A stretch of 64,000 nucleotides of DNA from an uncultured delta proteobacterium (GTDB lineage: Bacteria > Desulfobacterota > Binatia > UBA9968). Location of the stretch: NCBI GenBank assembly GCA_963816145.1, contig CAWFJP010000031.1, positions 384,001-448,000 on the forward strand, given 5' to 3'. This document shows positions 39,476-48,022 of this stretch, piece after piece; positions within the stretch are counted from its first letter, which is position 1; the number at the start of each line of letters is the position of its first letter. The notes below the pieces were generated by a model. The model had not been told where the DNA came from. It searched no databases and worked only from the letters and a program-made list of their open reading frames with translations. The position numbers and the translations under genes were made by a program.

Positions 39476-39792
39476 CTAACCGTTTCAAACCAGCCCGTAA
39501 AAGGTGGCTTAAAATAGGGGGAAATAACGGGTCCGTCAAGGCGAATTAAGCGGGAAAAAGCACCAGCTAATTCGGAGATTTTTGTCCATGAATTCTGGCG
39601 TGGCAGCGTTTTGCGGTCATACAAACTTCGTTCGGAAAGTAACTTTCAATTTTGTGTACCTGCTGATCGAGCAAGCAATTTGTCAGGCTATCTCTCGTCC
39701 GCCTAACCCCGGCTTGAATACGAATACGATATTATAGAGTCTGTCATCTGCTAGAATTCTGCTGGAGGCGGATCGACAGGGGAACACGCAAA

Positions 39793-40113
39793 ATGGACGA
39801 GACCAACTACAACATCACCCAGCCGGAAAAGGGCGTGCCCATCAAAGCCTGGACCAGGGGCGTTGCCGTTGAGGCGGTCGCCGAGAAGCAGTTGCGCAAC
39901 GTTGCTTCGATGCCGTTCATTTATAAGTGGGTGGCGGCGACGCCGGATGTGCATTGGGGGATCGGCGCAACGGTGGGGAGCATGATTCCAACCATGGGGG
40001 CGATCATTCCCGCCGCGGTCGGTGTCGCCATCGGTTGCGGCATGATGGCGGTGCAAACGGATTTGAACACCATCCGGATAAGGTTGAAGGATGAAGGCGG
40101 AAGGATGAAATAG
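39793..40113 (+). pseudogene. rtcB: Truncated RtcB RNA ligase (N-terminal ~92 aa only)
   Basis: IKAWTRGV.VE, PDVHWGIGATVGS, GAIIPAAVGVAIGCGM match the RtcB N-terminus, but the D of VDIGCG is A. The frame then runs into repeat DNA and stops. Confidence 0.88.
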
Positions 40114-40173
40114 GATTGGGTATCCGCGAAGTTTTGGTTTTACTTCATCGCTCATCCATCCTACTTCATCCTT
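40085..40173. repeat. Heptamer-periodic (AAGGATG) imperfect inverted repeat between the rtcB remnant and rtcA
   Basis: TGAAGGATGAAGGCGGAAGGATGAAA ... TTACTTCATCGCTCATCCATCCTACTTCATCCTT. Confidence 0.7.
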
Positions 40174-40179
40174 GATTTT

Positions 40180-41196
40180 ATGTTGACCATCGACGGTTCT
40201 TACCATGAAGGCGGCGGGCAGATTTTGCGCACGGCGCTGACGCTCAGTCTGGCGACGCGAACGCCGTTCCGTATCGAAAAGATTCGCGCGGGGCGCAAGC
40301 GGCCAGGGTTGTTGCGCCAACATTTGACCGCGGTGCTCGCCGCGGCGCGAATCTCCAACGCGGCAGTGCGCGGTGCGGAGATCAATTCCACGGAACTTAC
40401 CTTTGTGCCGCAGGAAGTGGTGCCGGGCGATTACCGGTTTTCCGTCGGCAGCGCGGGCAGCACGATGTTGGTGTTGCAGACCGTTTTGCCGGTGCTGATG
40501 CTTGCCAAGAAGCCGACTACGCTTACGCTCGAAGGCGGAACTCATAACCCGGCCGCGCCGCCTTATGATTATGTCGAGCGGGTTTACCTGCCGCTGATCC
40601 AGCGCATGGGCGCGCGCGTGCGTTCGGAACTGATCAGGGCGGGATTTCTCCCGGCCGGTGGCGGTGTCGTTAAGATAAGCATCGATACCCCATTCGAAAT
40701 GCGCGCCCTCGATCTGCGCCAGCGCGGTCGGTTTGTCCGGCGTTCGGCGCGCGGGATCGTCTCCAACCTTCCCCTTAGTATCGCCGAGCGGGAGCTTGCC
40801 ATGGTTGAGAAAAATCTTGGCTGGGGACAGAACGACTTGATTGCTGAGTCAGTAGCATCGCGCGGTCCCGGTAACATTCTTTTCCTCGAAGTCGAGAGTG
40901 AACAGCTCACCGAAATCTTTACCGGTTTCGGCCAACGCAAGGTTCGCGCAGAAACGGTGGCAGACCGAGCCATAAGTGAGGCCAAACGCTATCTCGCCGC
41001 CGATGTCGCGGTTGGTGAACATCTGGCCGATCAACTGCTCTTGCCGATGGCGCTGATGAAGGGCGGGGTGTTTACTACGTTGCCGCTCTCGACGCACTCA
41101 CTGACGAACATCGATACAATCGGCAAGTTTCTGCCGGTGAAGATTCACGTGCGCCATGATGACAGCCAGCGGTGTGCGGTGGAGGTGGACAAATAG
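40180..41196 (+). CDS. rtcA: RNA 3'-terminal phosphate cyclase
   Basis: IDGS..EGGGQILR, IRAGR..PGLLRQH, GGTHNP.AP, GF.PAGGG, VGEHLADQL (catalytic His). Confidence 0.96.
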   Translation: MLTIDGSYHEGGGQILRTALTLSLATRTPFRIEKIRAGRKRPGLLRQHLTAVLAAARISNAAVRGAEINSTELTFVPQEVVPGDYRFSVGSAGSTMLVLQTVLPVLMLAKKPTTLTLEGGTHNPAAPPYDYVERVYLPLIQRMGARVRSELIRAGFLPAGGGVVKISIDTPFEMRALDLRQRGRFVRRSARGIVSNLPLSIAERELAMVEKNLGWGQNDLIAESVASRGPGNILFLEVESEQLTEIFTGFGQRKVRAETVADRAISEAKRYLAADVAVGEHLADQLLLPMALMKGGVFTTLPLSTHSLTNIDTIGKFLPVKIHVRHDDSQRCAVEVDK

Positions 41197-41258
41197 AGAC
41201 ACAGAGTTGAGACAGAGACCCGGGGAGAGGTGGTCTTTAACTCAAGTCTCTATCTTCT

Positions 41259-42506
41259 TCATTTCTCCAGCCCCGGGTTTTGCATGAACACCGATGGCGC
41301 GAGCTTTTGCTTGGTTTCGGGATGGCGCATGGTGCGTTTCAGGACAAAATCGAACAGCAACGGGTTGAAGTCGTAGATTTCGTTGAGCGCGCTGCGTTCC
41401 TCGCTGGTGATGAAGCCATCGCTGACCAATGACCTTGTCCGGATCAACGCGTTGATTGCCGGCAGCGGATAGTCGCTGCCGTTGACCAGTCGCGGGTGCA
41501 GGTCTTGGCGTTTGAGCAGCGTCGAGAAAGGCACCGGCATGCGGTTGAATTGCAGCATCGCCGAGACCTCGCCGAAGACCAGGCCGCGATACTTCGCATC
41601 ATCCATTAGACGCAGGAATAGATCGAAACAGCTGGCTTTCTTGCCGCCGCCATCGTCGAGGTCTTTGCAGCTGCCGAGGCTGGCGGCGTGGGCGACGATC
41701 ACGCGGATGCCCATGTCGAGCGGTTTGCGCAAACGGAGCGGGTTGCCGAGTTCTTGATCTTCCTCCGCTGCCACCGCCTGTTCTTCGCCGCTGTGCGACA
41801 GCAAAATCATATTGTGATCTTTCATCTTTCGGTAAAACGGCTCGATGGCGCGATCCGCCGGGTCCATGCCCATGGCGTTGGGCAGCCATTTGACATATTT
41901 CACTCCGGCTTTAGCCCACTTGTCGAGTTCTTCGACGGCATCGCGGCGATACGGGTGGAGCGAAATCACTGGCAAGAAAATATCGCGATACTGGCGCGCC
42001 AGCTCGACGATATAATCGTTCGGCACATACATGTATGTTTTGGATAAGTCCACCGTGCCGTCGGGCTGGTAGTGCTTGTCGAAAGCGAGGATGCGGTATT
42101 TGCCGTGGCGTTTATTCCCTCGCGCCAGACGGACCAGCCGGTTCACGTATTCTTGATCGGCGTTGTCGTTATTTTTGACAGCCGCGGCGCTGTTATAGAT
42201 GAGAAACTTGAGGCGCTCGAGATTGATGCCCTCGCGCATCTTGGGATTCACGAAGGCGTCATTGACGCTGGTGCCAATAGCGAGCACATGGGTGTGGAAA
42301 TCGATGAGCCGGGCCGGGTCGATATCTTCGAAAGCATGGTCGATGAGTTGTTTGGTTGTTATCGCGGCTTTTTGGTCGAGCTCCTCCGGCTGCTGCGTGA
42401 ACGCGCCGCCGATTTGATCGATGAGACAGCCGGAAAATAACAGGAACGCTGATAGAGCTATCCATTGGCGCCAAGGGTAGGTTAAGCAGAGCCAGAGGTT
42501 TTTCAT
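41259..42506 (-). CDS. Amidohydrolase family protein, probable lipoprotein
   Basis: IDFHTH, KWLP, HSGEE, IVAHAA, NGSDYP; LLFSGC lipobox-like N-terminus. Start uncertain (42506-42536). Confidence 0.85.
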   Translation of the reverse strand: MKNLWLCLTYPWRQWIALSAFLLFSGCLIDQIGGAFTQQPEELDQKAAITTKQLIDHAFEDIDPARLIDFHTHVLAIGTSVNDAFVNPKMREGINLERLKFLIYNSAAAVKNNDNADQEYVNRLVRLARGNKRHGKYRILAFDKHYQPDGTVDLSKTYMYVPNDYIVELARQYRDIFLPVISLHPYRRDAVEELDKWAKAGVKYVKWLPNAMGMDPADRAIEPFYRKMKDHNMILLSHSGEEQAVAAEEDQELGNPLRLRKPLDMGIRVIVAHAASLGSCKDLDDGGGKKASCFDLFLRLMDDAKYRGLVFGEVSAMLQFNRMPVPFSTLLKRQDLHPRLVNGSDYPLPAINALIRTRSLVSDGFITSEERSALNEIYDFNPLLFDFVLKRTMRHPETKQKLAPSVFMQNPGLEK

Positions 42507-42660
42507 GGTTGGCATCAGTTTCCATACTCGGCCCAAGCTGTCAAACCGGCGAGAGCCCCTGGTAAGAAAAATGAACTGTCAGGAGCCTGCGCGGAACAAT
42601 TTTCGTCCGCGCGAATTGCCAGGATTTACGCTGGAATGCGTTAAACGATCAAGACAACCG

Positions 42661-42677
42661 CTGGTATGGAGATTGCG
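42661..42677 (+). promoter_or_regulatory. Putative sigma54 (-24/-12) promoter
   Basis: CTGGTATGGAGATTGCG: GG-N10-GC with TTGC, about 45 bp upstream of the 42722 start. Confidence 0.6.
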
Positions 42678-42721
42678 CTTCAACCTTATCATTCCTGGTC
42701 ATAACCGTCAGGAGAGTTCGC

Positions 42722-43099
42722 GTGGAGTTCGACCAGAGCCTTATCAGCAATACCCTTGAGCACCGCGGCTGCGGCATCCGCGCCGCGTCCTATGAGGTCG
42801 AGCCAACACGCTGGCTCCCCGAAGCTTGCGTGTGGGTGCGCATGGAGACCGGCGCGCGCAAAATTTGGGTTCACAGCTTTGCGCATTGCTTCGCCGCGGA
42901 GCAGTTGACGTTCGCCAACAAGCTCGACGCCGACAACTGGGCGCTGGTGGCCGCGAAGTCGATTATCGATCGCACTTTCGAGCAGATAGATACATACAGC
43001 CCAACTCAAACCGGAAGGCGGGTTACTTTTCTGTCTCGCCTCTGGAGCGTGACCCGCCGTTCGCTCTCCGGGCGAAATCGCTCGACGCTAAATCGCTAA
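42722..43099 (+). CDS. Hypothetical protein
   Basis: 125-aa ORF with GTG start, AGGAG SD and an upstream sigma54-like site; no family recognised. Confidence 0.65.
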   Translation: MEFDQSLISNTLEHRGCGIRAASYEVEPTRWLPEACVWVRMETGARKIWVHSFAHCFAAEQLTFANKLDADNWALVAAKSIIDRTFEQIDTYSPTQTGRRVTFLSRLWSVTRRSLSGRNRSTLNR

Positions 43100-43406
43100 G
43101 TTTTCTGCCTGCGCGGCGCTGAGGGTTTCGTCGTAACTCAGTTAGGGTACGATAGCGCGAACTCGGATGGGCAACCACAGGGGGTGCCCCAACAATATTG
43201 TGTTCACTGCGTTCTTTGCGGCAAACTCTCCGACTCCGAATCTTCTGTCTATCTAATCCTTGTGCCCTTTGTGGTTAAGACTCTGATTTCTTCATGGGTT
43301 GTGGCATCGCCCCGCTGGTAGATGATCGTCTTGACTTGACAGACCGGCGCACCATTTGTATTGAACAAGCTCCGGCGCAACGCTTGGTCGGCAAGGGAGG
43401 AGAGCT

Positions 43407-44396
43407 ATGGATCTGCAAGAACTCAGTCAATGGATGAAGGAACGAAATCTCAAAGGCCACTGGGAGCACTCGGAATGGTCGCAGACGGTGAAACCCTGTC
43501 TGTGGAACGGCGACGAGATCATGAAGGCGCTCAATTGGTCCGGCGAGCTGATCACGACGGGAGAAGCGGGGCGACGGACGATCCAGATGCGCAATCCCGG
43601 GCTATCCGCCGGCATGACCAACACCGTGCATATCTCGGTGCAGCTGGTGAAGCCCGGCGAGATCGCATCAGCGCACCGTCATACCGCGGCGGCGATCCGC
43701 TTCGTCGTCAAAGGCACGCCGAACGCCTACACCGTCGTCGAGGGCGAGCGTTTCCCGATGTTCGAAGGGGACTTCATCACCACGCCCAATTGGACTTGGC
43801 ACGATCACTTCAACAACTCTACCGAGCCGGTGATGTGGCTCGACGGATTGGATGTTCGTCTGGTGACCCATTTCGGCGCGATGATCCAGGAGAATTTCAA
43901 AAAAGATCAGCAGCCGGTGGAGAAACCTGACAACATGTCGTCGAAGGTGTTTTCCCATACCCGGCCGAGCTGGATGAAAAATAGTTTCGAAGCACCGCCG
44001 TACCGTTATCCCTGGGAAGAAACCAACACGGCGCTGCAAGCTCTCAAAGAGAGCGCCGGCGATCCCTACGATGGCGTTTTGTTGGAATACACCAATCCGG
44101 TCGACGGCGGCCATACACTGCCGACCTGTTCGTGCTCGATTCAACTCTTGCGGCCCAAGGAAAAAACCAAGTCGCACCGCCACACCAGCACGACGGTCTA
44201 TTATGCTTTCCGCGGTCAAGGCATGGCCAAAGTGTCGGCCAACGAATTCCATTGGAAACAGGGTGACATTTTTGTTGTGCCATCGTGGATGTGGCATTCG
44301 CATGAGAACACCATGAGCGAGGACGCGATCCTGTTCTCGATCAGCGACCGGCCGTCGACCGAAGCGTTGGCGTTGTATCGGGAAGAAGGGGAGTGA
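43407..44396 (+). CDS. Gentisate 1,2-dioxygenase-like bicupin
   Basis: RR......NPG, Q...PGE.A.AHRH...AIRF, TPNWTWHDH, WLDGLD, second cupin HRHT..WMWHSH. Confidence 0.9.
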   Translation: MDLQELSQWMKERNLKGHWEHSEWSQTVKPCLWNGDEIMKALNWSGELITTGEAGRRTIQMRNPGLSAGMTNTVHISVQLVKPGEIASAHRHTAAAIRFVVKGTPNAYTVVEGERFPMFEGDFITTPNWTWHDHFNNSTEPVMWLDGLDVRLVTHFGAMIQENFKKDQQPVEKPDNMSSKVFSHTRPSWMKNSFEAPPYRYPWEETNTALQALKESAGDPYDGVLLEYTNPVDGGHTLPTCSCSIQLLRPKEKTKSHRHTSTTVYYAFRGQGMAKVSANEFHWKQGDIFVVPSWMWHSHENTMSEDAILFSISDRPSTEALALYREEGE

Positions 44397-44496
44397 AAAC
44401 AACCTGCGAGTGAGTCACCCTACGCCATAGACCAAGCCGCACAATCCGAATTGTCACGCCTCTACCGCTAATCTTCCACGGTTGCCAATGGACGCT

Positions 44497-44528
44497 AAAG
44501 GGATGCAGGCAAACTGCATCCCTTTTTT
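44497..44528 (+). terminator. Rho-independent terminator
   Basis: AAAGGGATGCAG-GCAAA-CTGCATCCC-TTTTTT. Confidence 0.85.
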
Positions 44529-44676
44529 ATTGCAATAGAATCGCGGCCTTGCCCGGTGGAGCACCATGGTTAGACCGATTCATGGCTGCCGTGTAAACAT
44601 TTCCTTCCATCGGCGTCTAACTAAGCAAGAGGAGTAGAGGCGGATGGCAGTAACAACTGACAAAAGGAGATTGACG

Positions 44677-44974
44677 ATGAGCCGTATGAAGGCCCTGGTA
44701 TTTGGCACGCTGTTTACGAGCGTTGATGGCCTCATCCGGGTGTGTGGTGGCTGATAGAGCCTGGTATCATGACGGCGGCGACTATGCGCGCTTGGAAGCT
44801 GCCAGAGCGAGGCTCGCTTATGATCTGCGCCGTAACGGTAGCACATATCGTATAACTCGCGACCGGGCGGAAATTCAGGCGATCTTGGATGAGATGGAAC
44901 GTGACCGGCACTATTCATGGAATAGCAATCGCGGCTGGGATCGCGACAGGTGGGACCGCCAGGACCGCGATTAA
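44677..44974 (+). CDS. Small putative lipoprotein with a +1 frameshift near 44719
   Basis: AAAGGAG SD then ATG at 44677. Removing one base gives MSRMKALVFGTLFTALMASSG-CVVADRAWYH, continuing into ORF 44702-44974 with a DR/WDRD-rich tail. Confidence 0.6.
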
Positions 44975-45023
44975 CACTACCTGGGAACTCGCTTGGGCCG
45001 CCGAATTGCGAGTTTGATGGGCG

Positions 45024-45117
45024 AAGTGTTTGGCTGTTCGGCGATGCATCCAATGGCCCAAGTTTGGCGATGAATCATTGAATCTTATAACCCAGTTCTT
45101 TGGCGACTTCGCGCGCC
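45024..45117. repeat. 94-bp direct repeat, left copy (displaced 3' end of an SBP gene)
   Basis: Matches 53108-53201 with 4 mismatches; encodes AREVAKELGYKIQ* on the minus strand. Confidence 0.95.
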
Positions 45118-45276
45118 GACCTGCTCACCGGCGTTAACTGGAGTGGAGAGGTCTCCGGCGCAACGGCGCACAACTACAACAATGATCTCCGCGTGACAAC
45201 AGAAAGCGTCAATGGCGCCAATACCGTGAACTTCGCCTATGATGCCGACGGCTTGCTCACAACCGCGGAAGTTTAG
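45118..45276 (+). pseudogene. RHS/YD-repeat protein fragment
   Basis: Reads DLLTGVNWSGEVSGATAHNYNNDLRVTTESVNGANTVNFAYDADGLLTTAEV*, with YD-repeat periodicity (Y-D-x-x-G-x-L) and no start codon. Confidence 0.65.
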
Positions 45277-45341
45277 CCTTGACCCCCTAGCGGCTATTAT
45301 TCTCGTTTTGGTTTGTCTTGTTGTTGGTTTAATCCTTGGAA

Positions 45342-46103
45342 TTATTGGTTGAGATGCTGCAGTGCGTTCCGCAACGGGGCGTTGGAGAGTTTGATGAAGC
45401 CCTCCAAGGGTTTGCTCAGCTCGAGGACAAGGAAGATGGCTGCAGATATGGCGCAAGCGCCTACAAATAGGACCGTGAGCGAAGTCGCATTCGTCGGAGC
45501 GAACAAACCAAAGCTGACGAAGAGAAGTGTAAGCCAGAAAACCAGTATGACGAGAAGCGGGAGCGGGAGCTGGTTTTGCTCCTGCTCAATCAACATCCAG
45601 CGGGTTTGACTGAGATCGCCGACGATTTGTTGCGCCTGGGCGAGAGTCTGTCGCTGGACGTCCTTTTGCGGCGTTAGTTCACTCAGCTTGTCCTGAACGA
45701 GTTCCATGGCGTTGGCGCGCTCGAAGGCGGTCAGTGCGAGCACACCGGTTTTCTCCGTGGGCCAAACCGTTTCGACGCTAGCCGCGATGCTGCGCTTTAA
45801 TTGCTCGCGGGCGGCTTTTGTCTCCGGTCCGTAGCGGGCCAAGGCGCGGTCCAACAGGATGATTTTGGCGCTACCCTGCACAATCCCGTTATTCATGGTA
45901 TCGAAGGTGCTCTTGGCGGAGCTAACCAGCAGACCGAGCACCAGCGCAGTCAGCGTGGCGATCGTGCCAGCGCCCAGTTTCACGACATCCTGCGTTTCCT
46001 TACTAAGATGATGGCCGGGCAAGAGTCTTTGGAGACCGAGGCCGATCAGAGAGCCCGAAAAGATGCATCCAGCGCTCGCTAGAGCGATGACTGTGGAATT
46101 CAT
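45342..46103 (-). CDS. DUF4239-like (bestrophin-like) membrane protein
   Basis: HHLS.ET.DVVKLG.G.IATLTALVLGLLVSSAK, LLDRALA.YGPET, LELS.P..G.I..S. Confidence 0.75.
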   Translation of the reverse strand: MNSTVIALASAGCIFSGSLIGLGLQRLLPGHHLSKETQDVVKLGAGTIATLTALVLGLLVSSAKSTFDTMNNGIVQGSAKIILLDRALARYGPETKAAREQLKRSIAASVETVWPTEKTGVLALTAFERANAMELVQDKLSELTPQKDVQRQTLAQAQQIVGDLSQTRWMLIEQEQNQLPLPLLVILVFWLTLLFVSFGLFAPTNATSLTVLFVGACAISAAIFLVLELSKPLEGFIKLSNAPLRNALQHLNQ

Positions 46104-46131
46104 TCTTTAGTTTTTAACATGTTCGTATGGC

Positions 46132-46695
46132 TCAGACTTCTGTGCCATGCAAGCTGCTCGCAACCGGCGTCCTTCGCTTCCAGAAAAGCCCTCGAAGTTT
46201 TTCCGGGCCCATCACCCGTTCCAATTCCTTGAACGAGAAGAAGGGAATGAAGGCCACAAGAATCACGACGCATCGCGAGAGCAATTCGTACCAGCCCCTG
46301 CTCGATATCTCGTCAATGCCGCCCATCAGTCCGTTCCCATGGAACAATCCCTTGACCGTCGCCTCTAACACGTTAAAAATCGCCACCCATATACTGAACA
46401 TCACTGTCCGGTAAAGCGCTGGCAGGATCAGCGGCTTTTGCTCAAGGCCGTGACTCACGCGAAACAAGTCTCCTATCATGATCACTTTGGCCAAGACCGC
46501 CGCTTCGATCAGCGGGACCCAGTAATCCGTGTACTGGACTTGATACTCAGCCAGGATCAACCGGCGATACCACATAAACGCGACCAGGAAAAATGCCAGA
46601 TAGCCGAAATTGATCCAATACTCAATTAGTTCGTGGACGACCTTCTTCTTCCAACCCGCGTGTGCCGTTTGCATTTCATTCATCGCTGCACTCAT
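46132..46695 (-). CDS. Hypothetical membrane protein
   Basis: Four hydrophobic segments (YLAFFLVAF, A.VLAKV, AFIPFF.F.EL.RV.G). Start uncertain (46683-46737). Confidence 0.75.
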   Translation of the reverse strand: MSAAMNEMQTAHAGWKKKVVHELIEYWINFGYLAFFLVAFMWYRRLILAEYQVQYTDYWVPLIEAAVLAKVIMIGDLFRVSHGLEQKPLILPALYRTVMFSIWVAIFNVLEATVKGLFHGNGLMGGIDEISSRGWYELLSRCVVILVAFIPFFSFKELERVMGPEKLRGLFWKRRTPVASSLHGTEV

Positions 46696-46708
46696 CGTCG
46701 TTCGACGG

Positions 46709-47023
46709 TCATGAGACCGCGACTTGGATTTTGCCATCCACGACCTTGACCGGATAACACCCGAGGCTCATGCCTGGCGCGAGCGGCATATTACCCGTCG
46801 TCACATCGTATTTCCAACCATGCAGGCGACAGGTAACCACCTTGCCTTCCAGTTTGCCGCCCCAACCGAGCGAACCGCCGGCGTGCAGCCATTTGTCGTC
46901 CGTCGCGTACACGGTGCCGTCGGCGTTGAAGAGAGCCAATTGCTTTCCCGCGACGATGACGGTTGTACGGGTTTTCGGCGGGATTCTTTCCTGCGGAGCG
47001 ACTTCGATGAATTCAGCCATCAT
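46709..47023 (-). CDS. Rieske-type ferredoxin with a degenerate first cluster motif
   Basis: LALFN.DG.VYA.DD, second motif CRLHGWKYD..TG intact; the first CxH reads WLH. Confidence 0.85.
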   Translation of the reverse strand: MMAEFIEVAPQERIPPKTRTTVIVAGKQLALFNADGTVYATDDKWLHAGGSLGWGGKLEGKVVTCRLHGWKYDVTTGNMPLAPGMSLGCYPVKVVDGKIQVAVS

Positions 47024-47746
47024 CTATTTCCTCACCAGTTCCTCGGCCAAAATTGGCACGGCTAAATTGCACGCCTGCACGCCTTGCGCGACACACAGCT
47101 TCAATACTTCCATGATCTCTTCCATCGTCGCTCCGGCCTGCAGAGCGTTGTGAATGTGCCGGCGCGTGCCGGGCGCGTACATGTGCGTGTACGATGCGTC
47201 AAACGCAATACTCAGAAGCTCGGTTTCCTTAGCGGGCATCACCCCGCTGCCGTAAATTCCCGCCCCGGTCGCCATAAATTGATCCGTCCAAACCGGATCG
47301 AGTTGATAAAACGGGTCCCACGCCGAGTTCCATTGGCCGATCGCTTTCATCTTGTCGCAGGCGGGAGTCGACACCGCAGGTTTGGAGGCCGGCTGATTCC
47401 CTGCGGCTTTCGCTTCCTCGAGCAGAATCGGCGCGCCGAGGCTGCACGAATGAATGGACATGACCGAGGCGCACTTGACGACGAAGAGAATCTCCTCACG
47501 TGTGGCACCGGCATCGAGTGCGGCGCGTATATGGCGGCGGGTGCCGTCGGGGTTGAGGTTCGTGCACGCGGCGTTCAACCCGACACTGACCAGTTCGATG
47601 AATTTACGCGATAAAACTCCGTTGGTCCACGGGTTCGTAGACATCTGCACGCACGCTTCGGCCCATTTCGCATCCCATTCCCGCAGTTTGTCCAAGACTG
47701 GATCCCACGGACCCATTGTTGTCGCACTACCGTCATTAGCAGCCAT
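47024..47746 (-). CDS. Carboxymuconolactone decarboxylase (CMD/AhpD-like) family protein with two domains
   Basis: Two repeats: ELVSVGLNAACTNLNPDGTRRHIRAALDAGATREEI and ELLSIAFDASYTHMYAPGTRRHIHNALQAGATMEEI. Confidence 0.88.
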   Translation of the reverse strand: MAANDGSATTMGPWDPVLDKLREWDAKWAEACVQMSTNPWTNGVLSRKFIELVSVGLNAACTNLNPDGTRRHIRAALDAGATREEILFVVKCASVMSIHSCSLGAPILLEEAKAAGNQPASKPAVSTPACDKMKAIGQWNSAWDPFYQLDPVWTDQFMATGAGIYGSGVMPAKETELLSIAFDASYTHMYAPGTRRHIHNALQAGATMEEIMEVLKLCVAQGVQACNLAVPILAEELVRK

Positions 47747-47857
47747 TTTTTCCTGCCTTTCGAATTCTCGGCCATCCAACTCTGATTTCAACGCCGAGAG
47801 CCCAACCCCTTTGAAACTGTGTCGCAATTGTCCTAGTGATCAGTAGGCGCGAAAGAT

Positions 47858-47935
47858 ATCCCCCTGCGATCCCCCTTTTTCAAAGGGGGAAACTCCGATC
47901 CCCCTCTTTGTCAAAGAGGGGTTAGGGGAGATTTT
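47858..47935. repeat. TCCCCC/CAAAGGGGG double-hairpin intergenic repeat, copy 2
   Basis: ATCCCCC..TCCCCCTTTTTCAAAGGGGGA..TCCCCCTCTTTGTCAAAGAGGGGTTAGGGGAGATTTT. Confidence 0.78.
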
Positions 47936-48022
47936 CTTGGTTGCGCCCCTACCACCACATTGCGGCACAGTTTCTGTCGGGGCCGGACTCTCATCACTTG
48001 TAATGCCAGAGCGAAAGGCTCT

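Noticed and set aside
39596-39615. Sigma54 promoter for rtcBA (TGGCAGCGTTTTGC)
   Set aside because: GG-to-GC spacing is 9 nt rather than the required 10, and there is no rtcR nearby. A one-base error cannot be excluded.
44400-44530. c-di-GMP-I riboswitch or sRNA before the terminator
   Set aside because: Only a GGACGCTAAAG resemblance; the GGCAAA here is the terminator loop and the P1/P2 architecture is missing.
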